A stretch of 60,163 bases of DNA, filler included. It is 5 parts of 5 records of this genome, joined end to end, with 100 filler letters (N's around TTAATTAATTAA, not from the genome) between each part and the next. Parts side by side here need not be neighbours in the genome. Positions count along the whole stretch, not along the records: positions 52,190 to 60,163 come from DRR723986_14752; 4 more parts are not named here. One strand, written 5' to 3'. The first letter of the stretch is position 1, and each line of letters opens with the position of its first letter. The position numbers were made by a program, and so were the translations under genes. Shown one piece after another: positions 52,192 to 60,163 of this stretch. The notes beneath the pieces were generated by a model. The model ran no database searches and was not told where the DNA came from. It was given only the letters and a program-made list of their open reading frames with translations.

Positions 52192-52773
52192 ATGCAGATG
52201 GGGCGCTCGCACCGCTTACTAAATTCCGATACACCCACCAGCATAGATGTGATTGCGCGGAGCGCGAATATCGCCCCGAGTACCGTAAATCGTCATTTTG
52301 CGACTCGTAAGGATATTCACCAATCTGCTTTGGCGTATCTTCTTCACCAGTTTCGAGCACAGCTGACAGAACGTTTGTTTGAAGCTCCCCTTCAGCCAAA
52401 TGAGGCTGGCGAATTGGCAACGGAAATCCTGCGCCTGCTCACCTCGGCGCAACCTGGTATACACAGGCTCGTCTGCTTGCTCACGGAAACCCAGATGGAA
52501 CTGGTATTGAGGCGTTTTCAAGCGCATGTGATCGATGATCTCCGTATGAATGGACATCGCTCATTGCCAATCGATTTTTCACCAGCTGAACGCGAACGCC
52601 TGGACGTCATATACAGAAGCATCGAAGGGTTGCTGGTCGACTTTATTCGTCGTGACCCCAGCCCTCACCAAAGAGACGCCTATCACAGTATTCTGACATC
52701 AAATCTGCGTCTACTCTTGAGCAGCGCAAACGTTTTCTCGGACAGAGCCATCGTGAATCTGAAGCCCTTATAA
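52192..52773 (+). CDS. TetR/AcrR-like transcriptional regulator (probably 5' truncated)
   Basis: SIDVIARSANIAPSTVNRHFATRKDI helix-turn-helix; begins 2 nt from the contig edge. Confidence 0.7.
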   Translation: MQMGRSHRLLNSDTPTSIDVIARSANIAPSTVNRHFATRKDIHQSALAYLLHQFRAQLTERLFEAPLQPNEAGELATEILRLLTSAQPGIHRLVCLLTETQMELVLRRFQAHVIDDLRMNGHRSLPIDFSPAERERLDVIYRSIEGLLVDFIRRDPSPHQRDAYHSILTSNLRLLLSSANVFSDRAIVNLKPL

Positions 52774-52776
52774 TGT

Positions 52777-52806
52777 ATCAGGCTGCTTTTTTATCTACAG
52801 CCTGAT
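52777..52806. terminator. Hairpin after TetR gene (possible terminator)
   Basis: ATCAGGCTG-N12-CAGCCTGAT; no U-tract. Confidence 0.35.
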
Positions 52807-52931
52807 CGGCCCCCTGCTCATCAGAGCACCACACCCGAATGGGTTAGTTGACTACCCGAAGCGCAGTCTGCCTACCGTGAAAACAATTCAGGGTCACTCC
52901 TGATTGCAAGGACAAGAGGAGCTTGAAAACA

Positions 52932-53309
52932 ATGCCTACACGCCGATCCGTTTCATCCAGAGCTCCCACGGAAATTGACAAGATGGTCGGGGACAGAATT
53001 CGGAACCTGAGATACGATCACGACATGACCCTCTCCGAGCTGGGAGCCGAACTCGGGATCAGCCATCAGCAACTTCAAAAGTATGAAACAGGAGTGAACC
53101 GCTTAAGCGCAGGAATGCTCTACAATGTAGCAAATGTATTCCGAGTGCCGATCGGAGAGCTCTTCGAGCTCATGTTAGATGAGGGTGCAGACCAATCAGA
53201 TCCACTACAAAAGACACGAGCGGAATGCATATTGGTAATTGAACGCACAAAGTCTGCTGACACACTCCGCGCAATGACTCGCGTTCTTAAGGCAATGCAG
53301 GCAAACTGA
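52932..53309 (+). CDS. XRE-family HTH transcriptional regulator (alphaproteobacterial type)
   Basis: IDKMVGDRIR..R, LGISHQQLQKYETGVNRLSA; GAGGAG RBS. Confidence 0.9.
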   Translation: MPTRRSVSSRAPTEIDKMVGDRIRNLRYDHDMTLSELGAELGISHQQLQKYETGVNRLSAGMLYNVANVFRVPIGELFELMLDEGADQSDPLQKTRAECILVIERTKSADTLRAMTRVLKAMQAN

Positions 53310-53564
53310 GTGTTTTCTGGGTGGACGATAAGTCTGTCCGGCCCCGCCAGGCGCCCTTCCCTCTTTTATCGGCAAAGCTTGACCAGAAATTGATCGGTAA
53401 AAAGAATATTCTATAAGGCGAGGCGGCACTCTTATCTCACAACGACGCCCACTGGCAAATGCCCAAACCAGACGAGCCACCACATTACCTTTCCGATCGA
53501 GCAGTCAAACTGGAAAGGCGCTGAATCCAGGAGAACAGCGTCAGTTGCTTATGAAGCACTGTAT

Positions 53565-54383
53565 TCATTCCACCGCAAGCATTGACCCAAGCTGGTGGAT
53601 TGCGAGATCAAAGTCGATTATATCTACAGTGACAGATGAAACTCTACCCGGATACTGTTCGGCCTGACTGATCCAAGCCTCAACGAATGTGTGGCACACG
53701 CTATAGCGCGGCCGAAAGTATTCCAGAGTTCGCGCATGATCTGAAAAGCCGAAGAAAAGATCAAGGCTGGTTGGGCAGACCTCCACACATTGTTCGTCAG
53801 CCGAAACAGGACATTTCGAATTCTGTGGCCGCCCATCAACGTCGAAGCTCCATTTCAAGATGACATCGTCAGGTTCTTGCGACGGGCTGGGAGACCCGAA
53901 CATACTGAACAGCTCTGCCTGAACTTGCTCAAGCTGCGGATATTCCGATGTGAACTCAATCGCGGCACGAATACCATGTATCGGCGCAGTTCCAGAATCT
54001 CCAAATGAAAACAGCTCAACCCTCCTGCTCGGATCAGGCTCTGCCTCGGAAAGGATAACCCATCCCTCCTCAAGCTGAACCGCTCTTTGGTCAACCAGCT
54101 TTAAAGTCGCGTCTGATGTGCTGAGGCTACAGTTTTCACAGCCGTGCGAGCGAACGCTTTCCACGGCTTCGTGCCGGACCTGCCCGATAAAGGCGCCAAA
54201 CAACGATGCACACTCTGGAAAAAAACCTGGCTCACACCCCTGAGGCGGGACTTCTTTAGGGAAGTCCGGTGCTCCAAACAATCGCGGAGCCTCTACTTTT
54301 CTTGCGAACCCGCCAAGACCGGACCAAACGACAAGATTTAATCCAAACAGAATACTGAAGATCGTGATACCGGAATATCTCAA
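53565..54383 (-). CDS. Hypothetical Cys-rich protein with N-terminal membrane anchor
   Basis: 272-aa ORF filling the gap, hydrophobic N-terminus, 8 Cys; no family recognised; TTG start. Confidence 0.5.
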   Translation of the reverse strand: MRYSGITIFSILFGLNLVVWSGLGGFARKVEAPRLFGAPDFPKEVPPQGCEPGFFPECASLFGAFIGQVRHEAVESVRSHGCENCSLSTSDATLKLVDQRAVQLEEGWVILSEAEPDPSRRVELFSFGDSGTAPIHGIRAAIEFTSEYPQLEQVQAELFSMFGSPSPSQEPDDVILKWSFDVDGRPQNSKCPVSADEQCVEVCPTSLDLFFGFSDHARTLEYFRPRYSVCHTFVEAWISQAEQYPGRVSSVTVDIIDFDLAIHQLGSMLAVE

Positions 54384-54543
54384 GCTCTACACCTATCAGA
54401 TAGGCAATCATCAGGGTGTGTTGGGAAATTTATTCCGCCCAGAGATCTATACTTTTAATCTGACGACCGCTCAAATCTCAATTTCTATCAGGCCATCTGA
54501 TTGTCGTTCTGTAAATTAACCCTTTTGGAGGTGATTCAGACAC

Positions 54544-54637
54544 CGGTCGCCCTGCCCCCCCTTTTTTGCTCCGAGAACCAACCTTGGGCTGCCCTCCCCC
54601 AGCCTTTCACAAGGTGTTGTTCGGGGGCAGGTGACCG
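54544..54637. ncRNA. Candidate structured RNA (nested hairpin with C-rich loop)
   Basis: Nested complementary segments CGGTC/GACCG, CCTGCCCCC/GGGGGCAGG, GAAC/GTTC, ACCTTG/CAAGGT and GGCTG/CAGCC around the loop CCCTCCCC. Confidence 0.4.
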
Positions 54638-54675
54638 CTGATAGCCATAATCTGATGGAATTCAGGCATCTATTT

Positions 54676-55293
54676 TCAGGATACCAGGTAGCTATCTACA
54701 AAGGCACAAGTGCTCGACCGGAAAAGACTACGATAAGCCTGAAACCGGATTGGACAATATTCTGACCGAACAAGATCCAGAAACAAGTTCCGAAGGGAAC
54801 TGTAGAGGACTTCAACCTTAACCCGTCTTGCGTGAAACTCCTCCGCACCGAACACGCGATCATAATGTTCGAGCGTTTCGTCCATCAAAAGAGCCTTGTG
54901 ACTGACAAATATTTCGTTGATAGCTTCTGCTGTTAGGGCAGAAAGCATGTTCTGCATAGTAGAACGATTCTTGAGGACATCATCAAACAGTCTGTCTACA
55001 AAACGGTCGATTGAGGCTTTTTCCACGCACTCAGTCGAAATGAAGACAACGACCCGATCTCGAAACCGGGACAATACGTACTGCAGGGTAGCCTCATAGA
55101 TGCGTTGTTTCGTGCTAAAGTGTCTGTACAAAGCGCTGGTCGACACCTCCGATTCAAACGATATGAGTTCGACGCTGGGACTCTTGTTATTTTCAAAAAG
55201 ATGAAGCGTTGCCTGGAGTATGCGTTCGACCGCATTGCGCGTATCCGACCGACGCAAGCTTCCCTTAACGTATTCACAAATCAACCTGTCCAT
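54676..55293 (-). CDS. TetR/AcrR-like transcriptional regulator
   Basis: ERILQATLHLF...SVELISFESEVSTSALYRHFSTKQRI. Confidence 0.8.
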   Translation of the reverse strand: MDRLICEYVKGSLRRSDTRNAVERILQATLHLFENNKSPSVELISFESEVSTSALYRHFSTKQRIYEATLQYVLSRFRDRVVVFISTECVEKASIDRFVDRLFDDVLKNRSTMQNMLSALTAEAINEIFVSHKALLMDETLEHYDRVFGAEEFHARRVKVEVLYSSLRNLFLDLVRSEYCPIRFQAYRSLFRSSTCAFVDSYLVS

Positions 55294-55669
55294 CTCGTCT
55301 CGCCCGTCTGAACGGGGGACTTATATAACTGAGCGCGGTAGGAACTTATAACCCATCCGGGTTACTTCCTTCTGCGCCCTCACGTAAAAGGTACAGATTG
55401 ATCCCTTCCAAAGTGGGCTCCTCCTCTTTGAGAGATCTCGAAATTCTCCTTAAATCAATATTTTTCAAGAATTTAGGCTTCTCTGAAACTGGGTTGAATC
55501 ATTTCTTCATGTGGAATTGCACCTCCACTCCAAGCGGGCTTGAATGACCTTTGGCATCCTCGATACCCCTGAACAAGTTTCCAGCTTAGGGCGAGTGAGC
55601 AAGCTGCTCAGAGCCCCATCAGGCAAGCCTGGAAAACGATTAATTAGCTTTGAAAGTACTGACTGATCC

Positions 55670-57154
55670 ATGACATACAAATTGCCCGTCATTTCCGTTC
55701 TGTCCCTAACGATCTCCTGCATCGTTACTTTTCCCGCATGGTCGCAAGAACTGGATACCGCAGATATCCTTTCACGGATCGAAAAGCTCGAAGCTGAAAA
55801 CAACCGTCTCAAGACTGTAATTGAAGCACTTCTGGAGGATACGGAGATTCAGCGCATTGAACCTTCCAATCCACCGGAAGCCATCGACATGGCCGCTGCG
55901 CCACGAAGCGAATATGTCGGAATTTCCACAGACTATGGCTACCAGATCCTGGATCACGCCGAAAAGGTAAATCAGAAGAGAGTTTTGCAACTGAAGGCCC
56001 GTCAGAGCGGGCGGCTGAATAATGTCCTGACCTTATCCGGGCAAACTACAGTTCTGGCCGACTATCAAAGAAGCAATCGGGACGACAAGTTCGGCTACCT
56101 CATGCGGCATCCAACCTTTAACAATCAGATAGGTGATACGTCTTCCGAAGCTGTGGTCCATTCCGCTTCGCTGGCGACGACGGCCACGCTATCAGACTCC
56201 CTGACCGCCTATGTCGAATTTCTCTACAACCCCGAGCAAAGTTTTGGCTCCGGCACGATTACATCCCTCACTCGTAACCAGGTTCAAGTCAGGAAAGCCT
56301 ACCTTCTGTGGGGCGACCTGAATAAAAACCCCGTCTATGCTGCGATTGGCAAAATGGATACACCTTTCGGGTTGAACGACACAGTGAGCCCTTTTACGAA
56401 TTCGACAGTCTGGCATTCCTTTGCCGGCCTCGCCTATGGCGCGGAAGTCGGGTACATGCATGATGGATTAAGTCTCAGAGCAATGGCAATCCAGGGTGGG
56501 TCACAGTTCCGCGCCGCCAACACACCTGTCGATGGTACCAATGTACCTTCAAGGCTCAATAACTTCGCGCTCGATGCCAATTATACCAAAGGTATTGGGC
56601 CACGGAACACTGTCATGGTCGGGGCGAGTTATCTGCATGGCAGCCCATACTGCCAGGACTATCCGGTCTTTCACTTCAACCCTTGCGAAGAGAACAACCC
56701 AGCCTGGTCCGCTTACGGGACGCTGCACAGCGGTCCTTTGACCCTGCTCGCCGAATATGCTCAGACTACTGAAGTCTGGCCAGGGTCCGCGGTCCCGGAC
56801 CCCTCAAATCCGCTGAGCGAATATGCCGCTCAGAAAACCAAATCCTTTGTCATCGGCGGGCGGTTCGGCTTCGGTTCCAAACTGGAAGATACGTATCGGT
56901 CATCGTTCTCGCTGGAATTCAGCTCATTCATTGCCGGAGATACCGGAGCGCCATGGGAAAACCAGGACCAATGGGTCGTCGGCTATTCGAAATTCCTTGC
57001 TCCCAACATCAATTTGTTCTCCGAGCTGATCCATGTCGAGGGCTATGCGCCGCTCAACTTCGTGAGTGGTGGAAATTTCCCGGATGGAAGCACCTGGTCG
57101 GACCGGGATGCTCAAACAGACGTCATACTCGTCGGCGCACAGGCGGCTTTTTAA
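55670..57154 (+). CDS. Putative outer-membrane porin/beta-barrel with N-terminal coiled coil
   Basis: Signal peptide, RIEKLEAENNRLK coiled coil, amphipathic strands, IGKMDTPFG and terminal GAQAAF. Confidence 0.7.
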   Translation: MTYKLPVISVLSLTISCIVTFPAWSQELDTADILSRIEKLEAENNRLKTVIEALLEDTEIQRIEPSNPPEAIDMAAAPRSEYVGISTDYGYQILDHAEKVNQKRVLQLKARQSGRLNNVLTLSGQTTVLADYQRSNRDDKFGYLMRHPTFNNQIGDTSSEAVVHSASLATTATLSDSLTAYVEFLYNPEQSFGSGTITSLTRNQVQVRKAYLLWGDLNKNPVYAAIGKMDTPFGLNDTVSPFTNSTVWHSFAGLAYGAEVGYMHDGLSLRAMAIQGGSQFRAANTPVDGTNVPSRLNNFALDANYTKGIGPRNTVMVGASYLHGSPYCQDYPVFHFNPCEENNPAWSAYGTLHSGPLTLLAEYAQTTEVWPGSAVPDPSNPLSEYAAQKTKSFVIGGRFGFGSKLEDTYRSSFSLEFSSFIAGDTGAPWENQDQWVVGYSKFLAPNINLFSELIHVEGYAPLNFVSGGNFPDGSTWSDRDAQTDVILVGAQAAF

Positions 57155-57213
57155 AGCTCTGGCAGATCCATCTCGATGAACGTGCCATAAGACAGCTCCG
57201 TCATCCCCCGTCG

Positions 57214-57801
57214 CTATTCTTCAAACCCTGGCGGTATGAGGATATCGATGATGATTTCTTCGGAGAAGGCGGTGTTTCCATCGGCCCCGGGAGGGAGGTT
57301 GGCGGAGGGGTCTGCGAGGCCGGACGGGAGGCCGGTCTCTGCTGACATTGGATCGGCCAGCCGGGTTGTGACCAGCTGCTCATATCCGAGCGCGCTGTCG
57401 CGGCGGCGATCTTCCCTCCGGTCATGCCAGCCCTCCTTCAGGAGGACGGCGACGAGGTCGCAGCCATCCTCTGCGCCCTCCCAGACCCCCTCGAGGACCC
57501 GCTGCAGTGCGGCGCGGTCCTGCTGATCCAGGCAGCCATGGGCCTGGCCTGTCTCGCCTGGCGCGGCATCGGCCAGACCTTCTGCCTCCGCTCCGGCAAG
57601 CCCGCCGGGGGCCGCCCCTGCCAGCCGGCCTGCTGCATCCCGGTCAGCCGGCCACATGACGGAGATCTGCGTGATCTCTCCGATCCCTGTCATGTGGCGC
57701 GCTTCCGGCCGCGCCAGCACCTCTTCCTCCTTTTCCACAAGTTCGCAGGCGCCCAGCATCATGCTGGCAAGGGCCACGGAGTAAACAAATCTGCGCTGCA
57801 T
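57214..57801 (-). CDS. Hypothetical lipoprotein, last gene of curlin operon
   Basis: MQRR + hydrophobic stretch + LGAC lipobox; 12 nt after the curlin gene with AAGGA RBS. Confidence 0.6.
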   Translation of the reverse strand: MQRRFVYSVALASMMLGACELVEKEEEVLARPEARHMTGIGEITQISVMWPADRDAAGRLAGAAPGGLAGAEAEGLADAAPGETGQAHGCLDQQDRAALQRVLEGVWEGAEDGCDLVAVLLKEGWHDRREDRRRDSALGYEQLVTTRLADPMSAETGLPSGLADPSANLPPGADGNTAFSEEIIIDILIPPGFEE

Positions 57802-57813
57802 CAGGCCGTTTCC

Positions 57814-58323
57814 TTAAAAGGGAGATTGAACAATCATGGCGGAGGCTCCGCCAAACTGGGTCACGGCCAGGACCAGCCCCTCGCCCATCTGCTGGTGGAC
57901 AAGCATGTTGTCGTTCCCGATCTGCTGGACAAGCGACCGGTTGGCGGTCCCGAATTGCTCGATATCAGCGATGTTTGAATCGCCGGACTGGACGGCGAAG
58001 GAAAGGTTCTCGCTCCCGCCCTGCTGAACGTCGAGTTGGTTGGCCGCGTTCATGCCGACCTGGCTGGCGGCGGCGTAATTCTCATGGCCCTCCTGGGCCA
58101 GCTGGATCGTGCCCGGCAAGAGCCCTGCCTGGCCGACCATCATCAGATTGTCGCGTCCCTCCTGGCGCAGGAGGACCCCGCGGCGGGTGCCCGGGTCAAG
58201 CGCCTCAAGGAACCCATTGTCATCCATCAGCCGCGCTTCGGCGGTCTGTGCGCTGGCAGGCAGGCCCACCACCGCAGCAAGGGTGAGGGCAGCCATGCCG
58301 ACATGTCTGAACATCTTCATCAT
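57814..58323 (-). CDS. Curlin subunit, CsgB-like (short)
   Basis: Signal peptide; N-x5-Q-x-G-x2-N curlin repeats (QEGHENYAAASQVG, QSGDSNIADIEQFGTAN); last repeat lacks Asn; GGAGG RBS. Confidence 0.8.
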   Translation of the reverse strand: MMKMFRHVGMAALTLAAVVGLPASAQTAEARLMDDNGFLEALDPGTRRGVLLRQEGRDNLMMVGQAGLLPGTIQLAQEGHENYAAASQVGMNAANQLDVQQGGSENLSFAVQSGDSNIADIEQFGTANRSLVQQIGNDNMLVHQQMGEGLVLAVTQFGGASAMIVQSPF

Positions 58324-58339
58324 GACTGCCCTCCTCCGG

Positions 58340-59416
58340 TTACTGGCGAACGATCGCCGTCATGTCCATGCCGGACTGGACAATGTCCGACTGGGCATAG
58401 TCAGCGTCCTGACGGACGAGCGCCGCATTGGCACCCCCGTCCTGGACGATCGACGAGTAGAGGTCAGAGCTCATCCAGCCCATGCCCGTCTGGAGCACTT
58501 CGGCGCGGTTGTCCCCGCCAAGGCCGAGCTCGTCCTTCTGGACGATCTCCACCGTGCCCGACCAGCCTTCCTGGCGCACAAGCGCCCGGCTGCCGACATC
58601 GGACGCGGCCTGGAGGATCGTGGCAGAATTGTCGAAGCTGCCCTCGGTGGACACCGCCTCGATCAGACCATTCGTGTTCAGCTGGGTCACGTCAACACTG
58701 TTGAAGTCGCCGCCCATCCGGACCGTGATCTGGCCATCGACACCGGCTTCCAGGACATCAGCCTGGAGGTCCCAGCCGAACTGCTCGACATAGATGTCCG
58801 GGCGGACCCCGTCGGAGTCGATGCGAACACGCGAGAAGTTCGTGTCCGGGCTGTCACCGTCCTCGCCGTTGAAACGGCCCTGAAACACCTTGATCCGGCC
58901 CTCTTCGCTGCCCTGGTTGACAATGGCACGGTTCGACAGGCCATTCTGCTCGACCCGCGCAAAGGGCATGTACGAACTGCCACGCTGGCGGATCGTTGCC
59001 GTGTTGTCGTCCCCGCGCTGGCGGATCCGGGCCACGGCATCATCCGCACGCTGGAGGATGGTTGCCGTGTTGGATGCGGCCGCACCATAGTCGTGGACCT
59101 GGCGGATGAGCGCATCGCCGCGGTCGCCAAGCTGGCGGATCCGGGCGGTGTTGTCGAAGTCGCCGCCGACCGGGTTGGTCACCGAGCTCTGGCGAACGAT
59201 GGCGTTGTTTTCGTCACCCTTCTGTTCGACTTCCGCCAGGGCCTGCCCATTCAGGAGACCGGTATGGCGCTGGTTGATGACTGCCCGGTTGTCACTGCCG
59301 GTCTGGGTGATCAGAGCCGAATTGTCCTTGCTTGCGGACGCTTCGAAATCTGTCTCGGCCCAGGCCGGAGCCGCAATCATGGCGAGCAGGATAGCTGTGT
59401 GTGCTACTTTTCTCAT
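58340..59416 (-). CDS. Long curlin-repeat protein (CsgA-like)
   Basis: Signal peptide (APAWA); many N-x-A-x-I-x-Q-x-G repeats; GAGGA RBS. Confidence 0.85.
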   Translation of the reverse strand: MRKVAHTAILLAMIAAPAWAETDFEASASKDNSALITQTGSDNRAVINQRHTGLLNGQALAEVEQKGDENNAIVRQSSVTNPVGGDFDNTARIRQLGDRGDALIRQVHDYGAAASNTATILQRADDAVARIRQRGDDNTATIRQRGSSYMPFARVEQNGLSNRAIVNQGSEEGRIKVFQGRFNGEDGDSPDTNFSRVRIDSDGVRPDIYVEQFGWDLQADVLEAGVDGQITVRMGGDFNSVDVTQLNTNGLIEAVSTEGSFDNSATILQAASDVGSRALVRQEGWSGTVEIVQKDELGLGGDNRAEVLQTGMGWMSSDLYSSIVQDGGANAALVRQDADYAQSDIVQSGMDMTAIVRQ

Positions 59417-59445
59417 GGTTTACTTCCTCTTGTCTGAAACACTCC

Positions 59446-60162
59446 TTACTGCGTCACGGTCGCAATATTGCCCGAACCGGTCTGGTAGACATGCGCCACC
59501 GCATCGGTCGACATTTGCGAGATCATGACTTCATTGTCAGAGCCGCCGCCCTGGACGACTTTCACGAAGCCGCCAGCGCTCAGCTGGTCGACATCGATGA
59601 TGCTGGCCGAACCGGACTGGTCGATCTCGGCCGCGTTCTCAAAGCCTTCCTGGAGAAGGTCGATGAGATTGTCCTGACCGGACTGGCGAACCATCGCCAT
59701 ATTGTCCGCCCCCACCTGCAGCACAGACATGGCACCGACGTCCGCGGCGTCCTGGATCAGATCGGAGGTGTTGTATTCTCCGTCCTGGGTCAGGTCGATC
59801 CGGCTGTCATAGCTGGTCTGGGTCACATAGGCGCTGTTGAAATAGCCGATCTGCGTGACGTTCAGATCACTGGCCACACCGTCCTGGAAGCCGTCGAAGA
59901 AATTGTCTTCGCCGGACTGGGCGATATTGGTCGTGTCGCCATAGCCCATCTGGGTCAGGGTCGAGGTGTTGAAGCTGCCTTCCTGGAAGACATTGGCCAC
60001 ATTGTCCTCACCTGACTGATAGACCGTCGAGACAGAGCCATAGGAGCCAAGACCAGACGGACGCCAGGCGGCCGGCTTGCCTCCTTCATCGGCTTCCTCG
60101 TCAGCACCTTCCTCGTCAGCATGGCCCTCATCAGCGCCTTCTTCGTCGGCGTGGGCTGCATC
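59446..60162 (-). CDS. Curlin-repeat protein (CsgA-like), 5' truncated, with acidic His-containing repeat
   Basis: Frame stays open upstream of 60000 to the contig edge: DAAHADEEGADEGHADEEGADEEADEGGKPAAWRPSGLGSYGSVSTVYQSGEDNVANVFQEGSFN..., followed by regular curlin repeats. Confidence 0.85.
   Translation of the reverse strand, partial: DAAHADEEGADEGHADEEGADEEADEGGKPAAWRPSGLGSYGSVSTVYQSGEDNVANVFQEGSFNTSTLTQMGYGDTTNIAQSGEDNFFDGFQDGVASDLNVTQIGYFNSAYVTQTSYDSRIDLTQDGEYNTSDLIQDAADVGAMSVLQVGADNMAMVRQSGQDNLIDLLQEGFENAAEIDQSGSASIIDVDQLSAGGFVKVVQGGGSDNEVMISQMSTDAVAHVYQTGSGNIATVTQ
60094..60153. repeat. Four 15-bp tandem units (coding)
   Basis: TTCCTCGTCAGCACC / TTCCTCGTCAGCATG / GCCCTCATCAGCGCC / TTCTTCGTCGGCGTG. 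Confidence 0.75.
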
Positions 60163-60163
60163 A

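Noticed and set aside
58109-60015. 442-aa and 204-aa plus-strand ORFs
   Set aside because: Antisense shadows of the curlin genes.

Overview
This window is not one locus. It holds five unrelated contigs joined by four artificial 100-nt spacers (N44-TTAATTAATTAA-N44 at 19416-19515, 31304-31403, 40736-40835 and 52090-52189), so gene neighbourhoods must not be read across them. Taxonomic labels below are inferred from gene content only. Contig 1 (1-19415, planctomycete-like): POT peptide transporter, DUF1501 protein, trxB-asnS-NitT/TauT ABC run, xth, orphan lutB divergent from an Fe-ADH, a CrtI-family desaturase and a beta-barrel protein. Contig 2 (19516-31303, Halieaceae-like gammaproteobacterium): truC, SDR, fatty-acid desaturase, kynU plus an alpha/beta hydrolase, P450, cysteine synthase and a cytochrome c-PQQ dehydrogenase. 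Contig 3 (31404-40735, Roseibium-like alphaproteobacterium): chemoreceptors, an HD-GYP protein and a sugar-type ABC importer divergent from mtnK-mtnA. Contig 4 (40836-52089, Marinobacter-like): gdhA, an 862-aa dikinase-like protein, regB/regA, PAS-PAS-GGDEF-EAL, sulP and a persulfide-dioxygenase-like gene. Contig 5 (52190-60163, alphaproteobacterium-like): a lower-GC TetR/XRE/porin block next to a three-curlin amyloid operon ending in an unknown lipoprotein. The best candidate for an undescribed system is in contig 4. Two NtrC-like boxes precede gdhA, which is followed after 7 nt by a protein combining a Walker-A-less KaiC/RecA-like domain, a PPDK/PEP-synthase ATP-grasp domain and a cryptic phosphohistidine-swivel motif (SH-x6-E-x-GI), with no PEP/pyruvate barrel. 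Next comes a RegB-like kinase with an atypical H-box. No rRNA, tRNA, CRISPR array or transposase was recognised.
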